Shown here one piece after another: positions 12,603-22,773 of a stretch of DNA of 64,000 nt (within the stretch, counting starts at the first letter, position 1; each line of letters begins with the position of its first letter). The stretch comes from Octopus bimaculoides (Eukaryota). The position numbers and the translations under genes are program-made. The stretch covers positions 85,391,264 to 85,455,263 of the forward strand of contig NC_068988.1 in the NCBI RefSeq assembly GCF_001194135.2, given 5' to 3'. Below the pieces are notes generated by a model that did no database searches, was not told the origin of the DNA, and saw only the letters and a list, made by a program, of their open reading frames with translations.

Positions 12603-12776
12603 GTATATATATATTTATATACGATGGACTTCTTTTGGTTTCTATCTACCAAATCTACTCACAAGGCCTTGGTTGAACCGAGGCTATAGTAGAAGACATT
12701 TGTCCAAGGTACCGTGCAGTGGGACTGAACCCAGAACCATATGGTTGGGAAGCAAGCTTCTTACCACAAAGCCACA
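12066..12776 (-). mobile_element. SINE family A, interrupted in its internal microsatellite by a hairpin element
   Basis: 3' half at 12066-12290 and tRNA/CORE-like head at 12620-12776, both minus strand. Confidence 0.8.
12343..12531. mobile_element. Palindromic MITE-like insertion flanked by TA
   Basis: ttactcaaaggaattccaatt...tgtttttcacattttattta is the near-perfect reverse complement of the 3' end (taaataaaatgtgaaaaacagacagagttgggattcctttgagtaa). TA at 12341-42 and 12532-33. Confidence 0.75.
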
Positions 12777-12785
12777 TATATATAT

Positions 12786-12819
<34 letters not shown>

Positions 12820-13420
12820 TGCCTTAAACAAAAATGAGAACAAATTTAGAGTGGTTCATAGACATTTGACATCTACTTCTCGTGTATTGGTGTTGTCCCT
12901 CCAGTGCCCTGTTTATTCTGTGGATTAACAAGAAGATAATTAATAGAATTTCTGAACGACTCTTGAAATGCCTACATGCATATAAATGTACTTTTGTACA
13001 ATGCAGTGAGAATGCATTTTGAGTAACTGTTAATTTAATTTACTTTAATGTATGGATGACCTAAGTTTACTTTTAACCTCCCCATTCGTATAAACACCAA
13101 GTTGATAAATAACTCGCTTTGTGATCATGAGTGCACCAAACCTCATATGGTGCGTATGCTCACATTTTTGCGGATGCTTGTATAAGCAAGTGTACTCCTG
13201 TCATGCAGCTTGCCCAAGGGTGTTTATACATCCATACCTGTTAACTATTTTTTTAAATACTTTTCTTGCTGGATTGCATGTTCATTTCTCTTTTTGTCAT
13301 CTCTGATTTTATTTTTGATCTTCTTTTTAAATGAAGATATTTCCTCTGTCTGACTGCTTTTCTCTCTATAAAACAGAAAGTTACATTGTGGAGCAGTCAT
13401 TTTAACGAGTTGTATCTATT

Positions 13421-13528
13421 TATCACCCACCGAGATACATCTGCATCATCGGATGCTCCTGTACCAACTGTTCAGCATCCCACCCAAGCGGAATCGATGC
13501 TACGTGTGTCAAAACAATTGTCGTAATT
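13421..13528 (+). ncRNA. Decayed hammerhead-like motif, family F5 (long stem II), in a PLE-type terminus
   Basis: UAUCAC-[CCACCGA]-GAUACAUCUGCAUC...GAUGCUACGUGUGUC-[AAAA]-CAAUUG-UC-GUAAUU; homologous to 54046-54142. Core positions mutated. Confidence 0.45.
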
Positions 13529-13571
13529 AATACTAAATTCTCATATATTCCATCTTTTGTCTTTCATTTGT

Positions 13572-13620
<49 letters not shown>

Positions 13621-13624
<4 letters not shown>

Positions 13625-13928
13625 CATTTAATAAATGGAGTTATACGCATGTGTTAAATGATTTCTTTTATTTCCGACATATGTTTCAAAGATTACAATT
13701 GGTTTATTCCAAAGGAATGAGTGATGNNNNNNNNNNNNNNNNNNNNNNNNNNNNNNNNNNNNNNNNNNNNNNNNNNNNNNNNNNNNNNNNNNNNNNNNNN
13801 NNNNNNNNNNNNNNNNNATCAACATCACTCATTCCTTTGGAATGAACCAATTGTAATCTTTGAAACATATGTCGGAAATAAAAGAAATCATTTAACACAT
13901 GCGTAAAACTCCATTTATTAAATTTTAT
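13621..13928. mobile_element. Foldback element with about 105-bp inverted arms around an assembly gap
   Basis: 13621-13726 is the reverse complement of 13823-13928 with few mismatches; abuts a (TA)n tract. Confidence 0.8.
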
Positions 13929-13992
13929 ATTTATTCAAAATACCTCAAATTAACAGGGAGTTTCTACCTCATAAACAAGAGTCACACCAAAG

Positions 13993-14083
13993 TTATTTTG
14001 TGAACTTTGCTACCCTGGTATCTATTAACCAATTTATTTTGTCAGAGTTAATTGTTGACTAAGAGAAAATAAATACATATAAT

Positions 14084-14095
<12 letters not shown>
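13993..14095 (+). repeat. Dispersed about 100-bp repeat ending in (TA)n; second copy at 27749-27845
   Basis: ttttgtga.ctttgctaccctggtatctattaaccaatttattt...gagaaaataaatacatataataaaatatata is shared by both loci. Confidence 0.7.
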
Positions 14096-14130
<35 letters not shown>

Positions 14131-14269
14131 AGGTGATGCCCCAGCATGACCGCAGTCTAATGACTAAAACAAATAAAAGAATATATATATATATATATAG
14201 ATATCTCTATATATGTCCATATATATACACATATATACATATAGATATATACATAGACACACACAAATG

Positions 14270-14692
14270 CATGACTGCATGGTCAAGAAGGTTCCCATTC
14301 ATGTGGTTTTGGACTCACTCCTACTACATAGCACTTGGGACATCTACTATGGCCCTTAGACAACTAAAGCATTGTGAGTGGATTTGGTAGACAGAGACTG
14401 AAAGAAGCCCAAAATGTGTGTGTGTGTGTGTGTGTGTGTGTGCTTGCTTGTATCCTTGTCATGACATCACGTGATGACTGTAAATGAGCACCAATGTTAT
14501 ATATTATATAACTTATGTCATACATTGCCAGTCGTCCGTGGAAAACATATCTGGACATGGGGAAATATTACCTTGCATAGAGACAAGCAAGGATCATTGA
14601 TAGTAATGGCATCGATTAGAACTGCCTCAACATATTCTCTCTGACCCATGCAAGCATAGAAAAGTGGTTCTTTAAAAATGATGAAGATGATG
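14270..14692 (+). mobile_element. SINE with family A head and RTE-derived tail (family A')
   Basis: Diverged A head (..gtgagtggatttggtagacagagactgaaagaagccc), (TG)n, a different body, then gacccatgcaagcatagaaaagtgg...gatgaagatgatg. Sister copy at 28217-28670. Confidence 0.65.
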
Positions 14693-14726
14693 CTTTTACA
14701 AACACATATATACATATTTATATACA

Positions 14727-14765
<39 letters not shown>

Positions 14766-15929
14766 TTCTGTATTTGAGAGATGAGGATGAGGAATTATGT
14801 ACATTATTACATTATATACATTTGATGGAAATGTCGATGGAAATGTTGAAGTTCTGCATAGAAACTATCTACTTCAGAATGGAAACTGATATACATCAAC
14901 AAGAAGAGGGTTTAGCTATGGGTTTGCCATTATCACCGATAATAGCCAATATATATATATATATGGAATACTTTGAGAATTTGGCTTTAGGATCAACACC
15001 ACTAAAGCCAACCCTGTAGCTGAGATATGCTGATGACACCTTCCTGGCGCCACCAGGAAGATGTCCAAGTACTGTCAGATCATGTGAACTCAATAAAGCC
15101 ATCCATACAGTTCTCGATGGAAAAGGAAACAGACAATCAGCTGGCATTCCTGGACGTATTAGTAACATGCACCAAGTATAGATCCAAGACATCCATATAC
15201 TGCAAACCAACATTCACTGGACAGTACCTCAACTTCAATTCCCACCATTCATACAGTGTAAAGAGAGGGATTGCCCAGTGCCTAAAACATCAAGCATAGA
15301 ATATAAGTTGTGATCGTGATACACAACATAAAGAAATGATCAAGCTCAATAACAATCTATTAAGCAACAACTACCCCCAAAAAACATACTATACACTCCG
15401 ATTATGAAGAGAAGAGAGGATGAAACCTATAAACTGACCACAATCTGTCTGCTCTATGTGAAAGGCCTCTCTGAAAAGATAAAAAAGATATGTAGCCATA
15501 TGACATCAGGACAGTATTCAAGAGTAATACAACATTTTGTAAATATCTCCTTCAACTAAAACCACCAATAGAAGAGAATGTGACTATGCAGCTGTGGTAG
15601 GTTATACAAAGGCGAAACATGCCGCACCTTCAAAACAAGGGTAGAGGAACATTGCAAAGCTGTGACACAAGGAGATATTGATAAATCAGGTGTAGCTGAT
15701 CATGTATGGAAAAACGGATCCTAAAGCTTCCTATGGGATGAAGTTAAAATAACAGACAGAGAAAACCAATGGAAAATACGGAAACTAAAAGAGGCAGTAC
15801 ATATGCTAGGACACAACAACCTCCTAAGCAGACCGAGTGCAGATATGAGCAGCATATGGAAACCGGTTTTAAGGAAGGATAGGAAAATGTTAGATTTATA
15901 AGCCCTAAAATTCACTCCATAATTGTCCA

Positions 15930-16004
15930 GAGGCATATGGCGTAGTGGTTAAGAGCATGGGCTACTAACCCCAAGATTCTGAGTTCGATTCCAGGCAGTG
16001 ACCT
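15930..16004 (+). promoter_or_regulatory. tRNA-derived Pol III promoter module inside the Penelope 3' terminal repeat
   Basis: A box TGGCGTAGTGG (15938-15948), anticodon-like hairpin ggg-ctactaa-ccc, B box GAGTTCGATTCC (15981-15992), followed by (AAT)n. Same module at 29614-29685. Confidence 0.75.
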
Positions 16005-16073
16005 AAATAATAATAATAATAATATTGGAAAAATACCTTAGGAATGAGAACCCAGGTTCAAAATCCCCCCCAA

Positions 16074-16119
16074 GACACCTGATGGAAGCTGAAGAGTACA
16101 TCAGCTGAAATGTTGTGTT
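16074..16119 (+). ncRNA. Minimal type I hammerhead ribozyme, family F1 (A9G in this copy)
   Basis: GACAC-CUGAUGG-A-AGCUGA/UCAGCU (stem II)-GAAA-UG-UU-GUGUU; stem I GACAC:GUGUU. Confidence 0.7.
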
Positions 16120-16205
16120 AACAACAAACAAGATGAGGACAAATATCTGTCAAATATAAATAATGTATATATATATATTTATATACATGCATATATCAAT
16201 ATATA

Positions 16206-16566
16206 TTCTTTTATTTGTTTCAGTCATTTGACTGCGGCCATGCTGGAGCACCACCTTTAGTCAAACAAATTGACCCCAGAACTTATTCTTTGTAAGCTAG
16301 CATTCTATCGTTCTCTTTTGCAAAACCGCTAAGTTACAGGGGACATGAACACACCAACATTGGTTGTCAAGCAATGGTGGGGGGACAAACACAAACACAC
16401 ACACACACATATACGACAGTTCTCTTTCAGTTTCCATCTACCAAATCACAAGGCTTTGGTCGGCCTGAGGCTATAGTAGAAGACACTTGCCCAAAGTGCC
16501 AGGCAGTGGGACTGGACCCAGAACCATGTGATTGGTAAGCAAGCTACTTACCACACACCCACTCCT
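16206..16566 (-). mobile_element. Full-length SINE family A
   Basis: Reverse complement of the 63588-63975 copy: head aggagtgg.tgtgtggtaagtagcttgc, CORE-like block, short (TG)n, tail ggtgctccagcatggccgcagtcaaatgactgaaac. Confidence 0.9.
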
Positions 16567-16620
16567 ATTTGTATTTATATACATGCAAATATATATGTAC
16601 ACACACACACACACACACAC

Positions 16621-16662
<42 letters not shown>

Positions 16663-16990
16663 AGGACAAACAGTAAGTTGTCTTTATAGTACTCGGAGTT
16701 CCGAATGTCAGAGCGAAGAGCTACGATGCATTCTCGTCGGCTATTAATGGCGATAGACCCTATGAAAATCCATTGAATAAAAGGCAAGTTACTCTAATAG
16801 GTTGAAAAAAGAAAAAAGAAAAAAAATACACACAACCATGTTCTCACAATACATTGACACAGAACCTCCTGCATTCATAACGTCTACATGCGTACACACT
16901 CACACAAACATGTATATGTATATGCACATACACACACAAATATATATGTGCATGTATGAGTACATACATAAACAAATATCCACACACACA

Positions 16991-17029
<39 letters not shown>

Positions 17030-17037
17030 TTATATAT

Positions 17038-17071
<34 letters not shown>

Positions 17072-17180
17072 GTGCATGCAACTTCATGTTCATATACACA
17101 TGGGTGTCTGCATGCATACATATATATTTAGACATTTATACATATAAATATACGTGTGTATATATATATATATATATATA

Positions 17181-17414
17181 TTGCACCTCTCCTACCCACG
17201 GATTACACTGGACCCATCTTCTGATTGGAAATCGCTTCAATATACCACGACGTCTAAAAAACTTTTTTTCTCCTTGTCTCCGTATTCTTTCTGTTGAAGA
17301 GCGTAGCTCGAAACGTCAAAGACTTTCCGTATTCCCGAGCGTCATACTAATATATACTTTTGTTATTTACACCACCTGTCCTCGTCTGTTGTTATTATTT
17401 GTAATATTCTCCCA
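17181..17414 (+). mobile_element. PLE-type terminal repeat in (TA)n carrying hammerhead family F2
   Basis: About 170 bp shared in reverse orientation with 56636-56822; both copies embedded in TA repeats. Confidence 0.7.
17286..17322 (+). ncRNA. Minimal type I hammerhead ribozyme, family F2 (CUGUUGA core variant)
   Basis: UCUUU-CUGUUGA-A-GAGC/GUA/GCUC-GAAA-C-GU-C-AAAGA: stem I UCUUU:AAAGA, palindromic AC/GU stem III, GUC cleavage triplet. Confidence 0.7.
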
Positions 17415-17478
17415 TATATATATATATACAGGCATACATTCACACTCCTGCATATACGTATATACATATATATATATT

Positions 17479-17530
<52 letters not shown>

Positions 17531-17879
17531 TATACATCCTCCTATCACACACCTACACCCGCAGATATACAAACATATGCATATCCGTATAAATGAAGGG
17601 GATGTGTGCATGAAAGTTGCACTTATGCACTGGACAGTCTTACGCTCATATACATACATATACGCATACACATATATACGCACACACACACATATATACA
17701 TATAAAATATAGATATACATATACATATACTCACACACACATTCACACAATTAAAAAATAAAAAATGAAAAAATACATATAAAAAATAAAAAATGTTAAG
17801 ACATATGGAAAGCTTGTGCAGGAACATAGTAAAAATGCGCATTCTATCCATGATCTTGGTGGGGGGCCCAAAACTGTAA

Positions 17880-18168
17880 CAGGTATTTTGTCACCTGTAG
17901 ACATGATCCAAAAAGTTCACATCTTGAATTTAGACATGTAGTGGGTCCGAGGAACTTTTCCAGATGAGCTATCTTTCCATGTTACAAAGACTGCATTTAC
18001 CACAACCTTTGGTATATGGTTAACACTTGGCCAAGCGCTCTTCCAGTAAATCTTATAGCTGACACTCTGTTCTTCTAGGAACCATATATAACTGGATAAT
18101 TTGGTAGTTTTTCATTTATCCCAATCTCTGAAGCTTAAGGTTTGATTGTTGAACCTTGCTTTGATTTT
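17880..18168 (-). mobile_element. GIY-YIG endonuclease C-terminal fragment of a Hydra/Naiad-like PLE
   Basis: KARFNNQTLSFRDWDK*KTTKLSSYIWFLEEQSVSYKIYWK [fs] PYTKGCGKCSLCNMER*LI [fs] LNSRCELFGSC matches the R.NNH..SF...T.LS.YIW.L...Y.I.W...PY..G...C.LC..E...LN.R.EL...C pattern. Confidence 0.8.
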
Positions 18169-18884
18169 AAATATATATATATATANNNNNNNNNNNNNNN
18201 NNNNNNNNNNNNNNNNNNNNNNNNNNNNNNNNNNNNNNNNNNNNNNNNNNNNNNNNNNNNNNNNNNNNNNNNNNNNNNNNNNNNNNNNNNNNNNNNNNNN
18301 NNNNNNNNNNNNNNNNNNNNNNNNNNNNNNNNNNNNNNNNNNNNNNNNNNNNNNNNNNNNNNNNNNNNNNNNNNNNNNNNNNNNNNNNNNNNNNNNNNNN
18401 NNNNNNNNNNNNNNNNNNNNNNNNNNNNNNNNNNNNNNNNNNNNNNNNNNNNNNNNNNNNNNNNNNNNNNNNNNNNNNNNNNNNNNNNNNNNNNNNNNNN
18501 NNNNNNNNNNNNNNNNNNNNNNNNNNNNNNNNNNNNNNNNNNNNNNNNNNNNNNNNNNNNNNNNNNNNNNNNNNNNNNNNNNNNNNNNNNNNNNNNNNNN
18601 NNNNNNNNNNNNNNNNNNNNNNNNNNNNNNNNNNNNNNNNNNNNNNNNNNNNNNNNNNNNNNNNNNNNNNNNNNNNNNNNNNNNNNNNNNNNNNNNNNNN
18701 NNNNNNNNNNNNNNNNNNNNNNNNNNNNNNNNNNNNNNNNNNNNNNNNNNNNNNNNNNNNNNNNNNNNNNNNNNNNNNNNNNNNNNNNNNNNNNNNNNNN
18801 NNNNNNNNNNNNNNNNNNNNNNNNNNNNNNNNNNNNNNNNNNNNNNNNNNNNNNNATATATAGAGAGAGAGAGAGAGAGAGTGA

Positions 18885-19045
18885 GAGAGAGGCTTCTTTG
18901 AGTTTTCGTCTACCAAATCTATTCACAAGGCTTTGGTTGGCTAAAGGCCATAGTAGAAGACACTTGCCCAAAGTGCCATGCAGTGGGACTGAACCTGGAA
19001 CCATGTGGTTGGGAAGTAAGGTTCTTACCACGCAGCCACACCTGT
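18885..19045 (-). mobile_element. SINE family A head
   Basis: Reverse complement of gtgtggctgcgtggtaagaaccttacttcccaaccacatggttccaggttcagtcccactgc...ccttgggcaagtgtcttctactat. Confidence 0.85.
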
Positions 19046-19384
19046 GCCTAGAAAGAGAAAGAGCAGGAGTGAGGGAGGGAGCGTAAAGAAACACAGTTAG
19101 ATGGGCATACAGATATAAAAGAGAGCATGATGGTGTCAATGATATGGTAGTATTCCTCTACAGTACTATTGCTAATGAATGACATACAGTATTCACAGAG
19201 AGATACTGTGATGATGACCAGATTGGTCAGTACACACTCCTTAAGTTGGCAGCTTGGCAGATTGACAACTTGCCAGGTTGCTAATTCATTCATATTTGGC
19301 AATGTACTTACTGTCATAACATCCAAAATATGTATTTATATGTTTGTGTACGAAGAATGCTACACACACACACATACACACACT

Positions 19385-19501
19385 ATCATGTGTGGCAAGA
19401 CGCTTGCTTCCCAATCACATGGTTCATGGTTCAGTCCTAAGCCTTGGGCTAACCAAAGCCCTGAGTGGATTTGGTAGACGGAAACTGAAAGAAGCCTGTT
19501 G

Positions 19502-19600
<99 letters not shown>

Positions 19601-19845
19601 GCATATATATAGTGTCTTTGTGTGTATGTTCTTGTCCCCCATCCCCCACTACATCACTTGACAACTGGTGCTGGTGTGTTTCCATCCCTGTAACTTAGCA
19701 GTTCAGAAAAAGTGAGTGATAGAATAAGTATCAAGCTTTAAAAAAAAAAAGTACTGGATTCGATACATTTCACTAAAAATTCTTCAAGGCTGGTGCCCCA
19801 GTATGGCCGCAGTCCAATGATTGAAGCAAGTAAAAGATAAGAAAA
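19385..19845 (+). mobile_element. SINE family A with expanded internal (TA)n(CA)n
   Basis: Head (internally deleted), microsatellite 19500-19610, 3' half ending gtaaaagataagaaaa. Confidence 0.8.
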
Positions 19846-19865
19846 TGATAACACATACATACATA

Positions 19866-20243
19866 GTCGGCGGTCCGTCGCTTATGACGCCGAGGGTTCC
19901 AGTTGATCCGAACAACGGAACAGCCTGCTCGTGAAATTAACGTGCAAGTGGCTGAGCACTCCACAGACACGTGTACCCTTAACATAGTTCTCGGGGATAT
20001 TCAGCGTGACACAGTGTGACAAGGCTGACCCTTTGAATTACAGGCACAACAGAAACAGGAAGTAAGAGTGAGAGAAAGTTGTGGTGGAAGAGTACAGCAG
20101 GGTTCACCACCATCCCCTGCCGGAGCCTCGTGGAGCTTTAGGTGTTTTCGCTTAATAAGCACTCACAACGCCCGGTCTGGGAATCGAAACCACGATCCTA
20201 TGACCGCGAGTCCGCTGCCCTAACCACTGGGCCATTGCGCCTC
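19866..20243 (-). mobile_element. Full-length SINE family B
   Basis: Highly similar to 9933-10318; flanked by aacacatacatacata on both sides (19850-19865 / 20244-20259). Confidence 0.9.
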
Positions 20244-20636
20244 AACACATACATACATACATGTATATATAGTTATTAATGAGGGATTATCAATCTGGGC
20301 AAAACACTTTATAAATACACACACACCGGTCTAACAAAATATTTTAGATTAGTGAAGAATTCCATGTATGTTTATGGCAGGGTTTGAGGTTATAGTTCAT
20401 TACCATTCTATATTGTAAATTTATGATTGTATTCTCAGTTAGAATGGGTTTTTTTTTTTACACAAAGACAAGATATAACATATTCCTTTAATGTAGTAAA
20501 TTCGACTTACAGCTGTTTCTGATAGTCATTTTAGGTTTGTTCATTGATCAACAAATGAACCTATAATGACTATGGAAACAACTGTAAGTCAAATTTACTG
20601 TAATAAAGGAATATGTAATAACCATTATTTATATCA

Positions 20637-20639
<3 letters not shown>

Positions 20640-20675
<36 letters not shown>

Positions 20676-20868
20676 CCCCCAACATTTCTTGACAACCGAT
20701 GGTGGTGTGTTTACGTCCTCGTAACTTAGCGGTTTGGCAAAAGAGAACGATAGAATAAGTACTAGGCTCACAAAAGATTAAGTCCTGAAGTAGATTTGCT
20801 TGACTAAAGGCGGTGCTCCAGTATGGCCGCAATCAAATGACTGAAACAACTAAAAGAGTAAAAGAGTA
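20640..20868 (+). mobile_element. SINE family A 3' half
   Basis: cttgacaaccgatggtggtgtgtttacgtcc...ggcggtgctccagtatggccgcaatcaaatgactgaaac..taaaagagtaaaagag. Confidence 0.85.
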
Positions 20869-21656
20869 TATATACAGACACATACACACATGTATTTATA
20901 CACACACACACACATCTTAAAAGCAAGCCATCATCTGCAAACATGTATGACTTTCTAACATTCATAACATATACTATGATTTCTTTAATTATTTTAGGTG
21001 CCTATGTTTTTATGAGCAAACACCCTCTTTGACTTGGCAGTCTTTTACCATACAAAACATCCAAGATGTCACAGCTTGAGGGAAAGAGAACTGCACCAGC
21101 ACTTGGCTGGTATGCATTTTCAGCTAACTAGTCTAGAACTAAGTGAAATAAAGTGTCTTCCTCAAAGAACACAAAACACAGCCAATTCCAGGAATTGAAC
21201 TCATGACATTATAGCCATGAACCAAACATCCTAATGACTTGAACATTTGCCTTCACAATGCATATGTCTCTCTATATGTATTTCCTTCTCTTCTTTTGAT
21301 GCACATGACACACCAATGTTGTGATAGCTAGAGATTCCTGAACAGGAAACATGTAGTAAAAGTGTTTCTGAGACAATTTTATTCAAAGCCTCTTTCTCTG
21401 ATGAAGTTAAACATAAACTGAAGGTGAATGTTTGGTATATGTCAGCTGCTCACAGCATTCTGCCAGTTGAGTAGTATATTTGGAGTAATGTCAAACTGTA
21501 AAATCTTTAGATGGTTACTGTACTGCAGAATATGAATGATGAAGAAGGGTGAGATATTCTGGATGTTTAGTGAGGATACACCAAACTACTAACATGTCAG
21601 GAATTATGGACAATTTATTAAAATCTTAAGGGATAATATAAAGAGAATTATCAGTT

Positions 21657-21695
<39 letters not shown>

Positions 21696-21698
<3 letters not shown>

Positions 21699-22453
21699 GA
21701 TCCCGCTCGAAAGATTTCATGTGTCGCCCGCACATGAGCCAGTCCGGGGGCACTGGCAAACGATTCCGCTCGAAACATTTCATGTGTCTTGTGCGGGTGA
21801 CACATGAAATGTTTCGAGCGGGATCGTTTGCCAGTGNNNNNNNNNNNNNNNNNNNNNNNNNNNNNNNNNNNNNNNNNNNNNNNNNNNNNNNNNNNNNNNN
21901 NNNNNNNNNNNNNNNNNNNNNNNNNNNNNNNNNNNNNNNNNNNNNNNNNNNNNNNNNNNNNNNNNNNNNNNNNNNNNNNNNNNNNNNNNNNNNNNNNNNN
22001 NNNNNNNNNNNNNNNNNNNNNNNNNNNNNNNNNNNNNNNNNNNNNNNNNNNNNNNNNNNNNNNNNNNNNNNNNNNNNNNNNNNNNNNNNNNNNNNNNNNN
22101 NNNNNNNNNNNNNNNNNNNNNNNNNNNNNNNNNNNNNNNNNNNNNNNNNNNNNNNNNNNNNNNNNNNNNNNNNNNNNNNNNNNNNNNNNNNNNNNNNNNN
22201 GGCTCTTGTGCGGGTGGCACAGAAAAGACACCATTTCGAGCGTGGCCGTTTTCGTGCGGGTGACACGTAAAAGCACCCACTACACTCTCTGAGTGGTTGG
22301 CGTTAGGAAGGGCATCCAGCTGTAGAAACTCTGCCAAATTAGATTGGAGCCTGGTGTTGCCATCCGGTTTCACCAGTCCTCAGTCAAATCGTCCAACCCA
22401 TGCTAGCATGGAAAGCGGACGTTAAACGATGATGATGATGATGATGATGATGA
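21696..22453 (+). mobile_element. RTE LINE 3' end (about 63-bp minisatellite + (GAT)n tail) with a 5' inversion
   Basis: Units are antisense at 21696-21787 and sense from 21788. Tail acacgtaaaagcacccactacactc...ccaacccatgctagcatggaaagcggacgttaaac(gat)n. Gap 21837-22200. Confidence 0.8.
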
Positions 22454-22475
22454 TATATATACATATAAGGTGGCA

Positions 22476-22655
22476 GGCTGGCAGCATTGTAAGCACACCA
22501 GGCAAAAATGCTTAGTGGCATTTCTTCTGTCATTATGTTTTTGCTGAGGTCGACTTTACCTTTCATCCTTTTGGAGTCAATAAAATAAGTACCAGTTGAG
22601 TACTGGGGTCAGTATAATTGATTTACCCCCTCCCCTGAGCTCACTAGCCTTGAGC
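22476..22655 (+). mobile_element. SINE family D (tail D2)
   Basis: ggtggcaggctggcag...gtcgactttacctttcatccttttggagtcaataaaataagtaccagttgagtactggggtc...gccttgagccaaaatttgaaaccaat. Confidence 0.75.
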
Positions 22656-22739
22656 CAAAATTTGAAACCAATATGTATGTGTATGTGTGTGTATGTCAAT
22701 ATGTACACAGAAACACACACATGTGAATGTATACACATG

Positions 22740-22773
<34 letters not shown>

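Larger units (their letters stand above)
14761..16170 (+). mobile_element. Penelope-like element: inverted pLTR fragment + 5'-truncated RT + GIY-YIG endonuclease + 3' pLTR
   Basis: RT: QQEEGLAMGLPLSPIIANIY..MEYFE, LRYADDTF, SIQFSMEKETDNQLAFLDVLV, YCKPTFTGQYLNFNSHH. EN: CSCGRLYKGETCRTFKTRVEEHCKAV...SGVADHVW...WDEVKI...RKLKEAVHM. Several stops and frameshifts. 14761-14825 is an inverted copy of the pLTR 3' end (compare 29434-29483), as typical for Penelope insertions. Confidence 0.92.

Noticed and set aside
15930-16004. Functional tRNA gene (also 29614-29685 and SINE heads)
   Set aside because: Acceptor and T stems do not pair well, the ACT anticodon is atypical, and each copy is embedded in a repeat.
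17880-18168. Selenocysteine-coding Naiad (in-frame TGA)
   Set aside because: The TGA (DK*KT) is not at a conserved Cys position and is explicable by CGA decay. The conserved Cys codons are TGT/TGC here and at 58.6 kb.
21398-21430. CUGAUGA with a short stem (also 53626-53670 and minus strand 57740-57775)
   Set aside because: GAAA, stem III or stem I are missing; expected by chance in AT-rich DNA.
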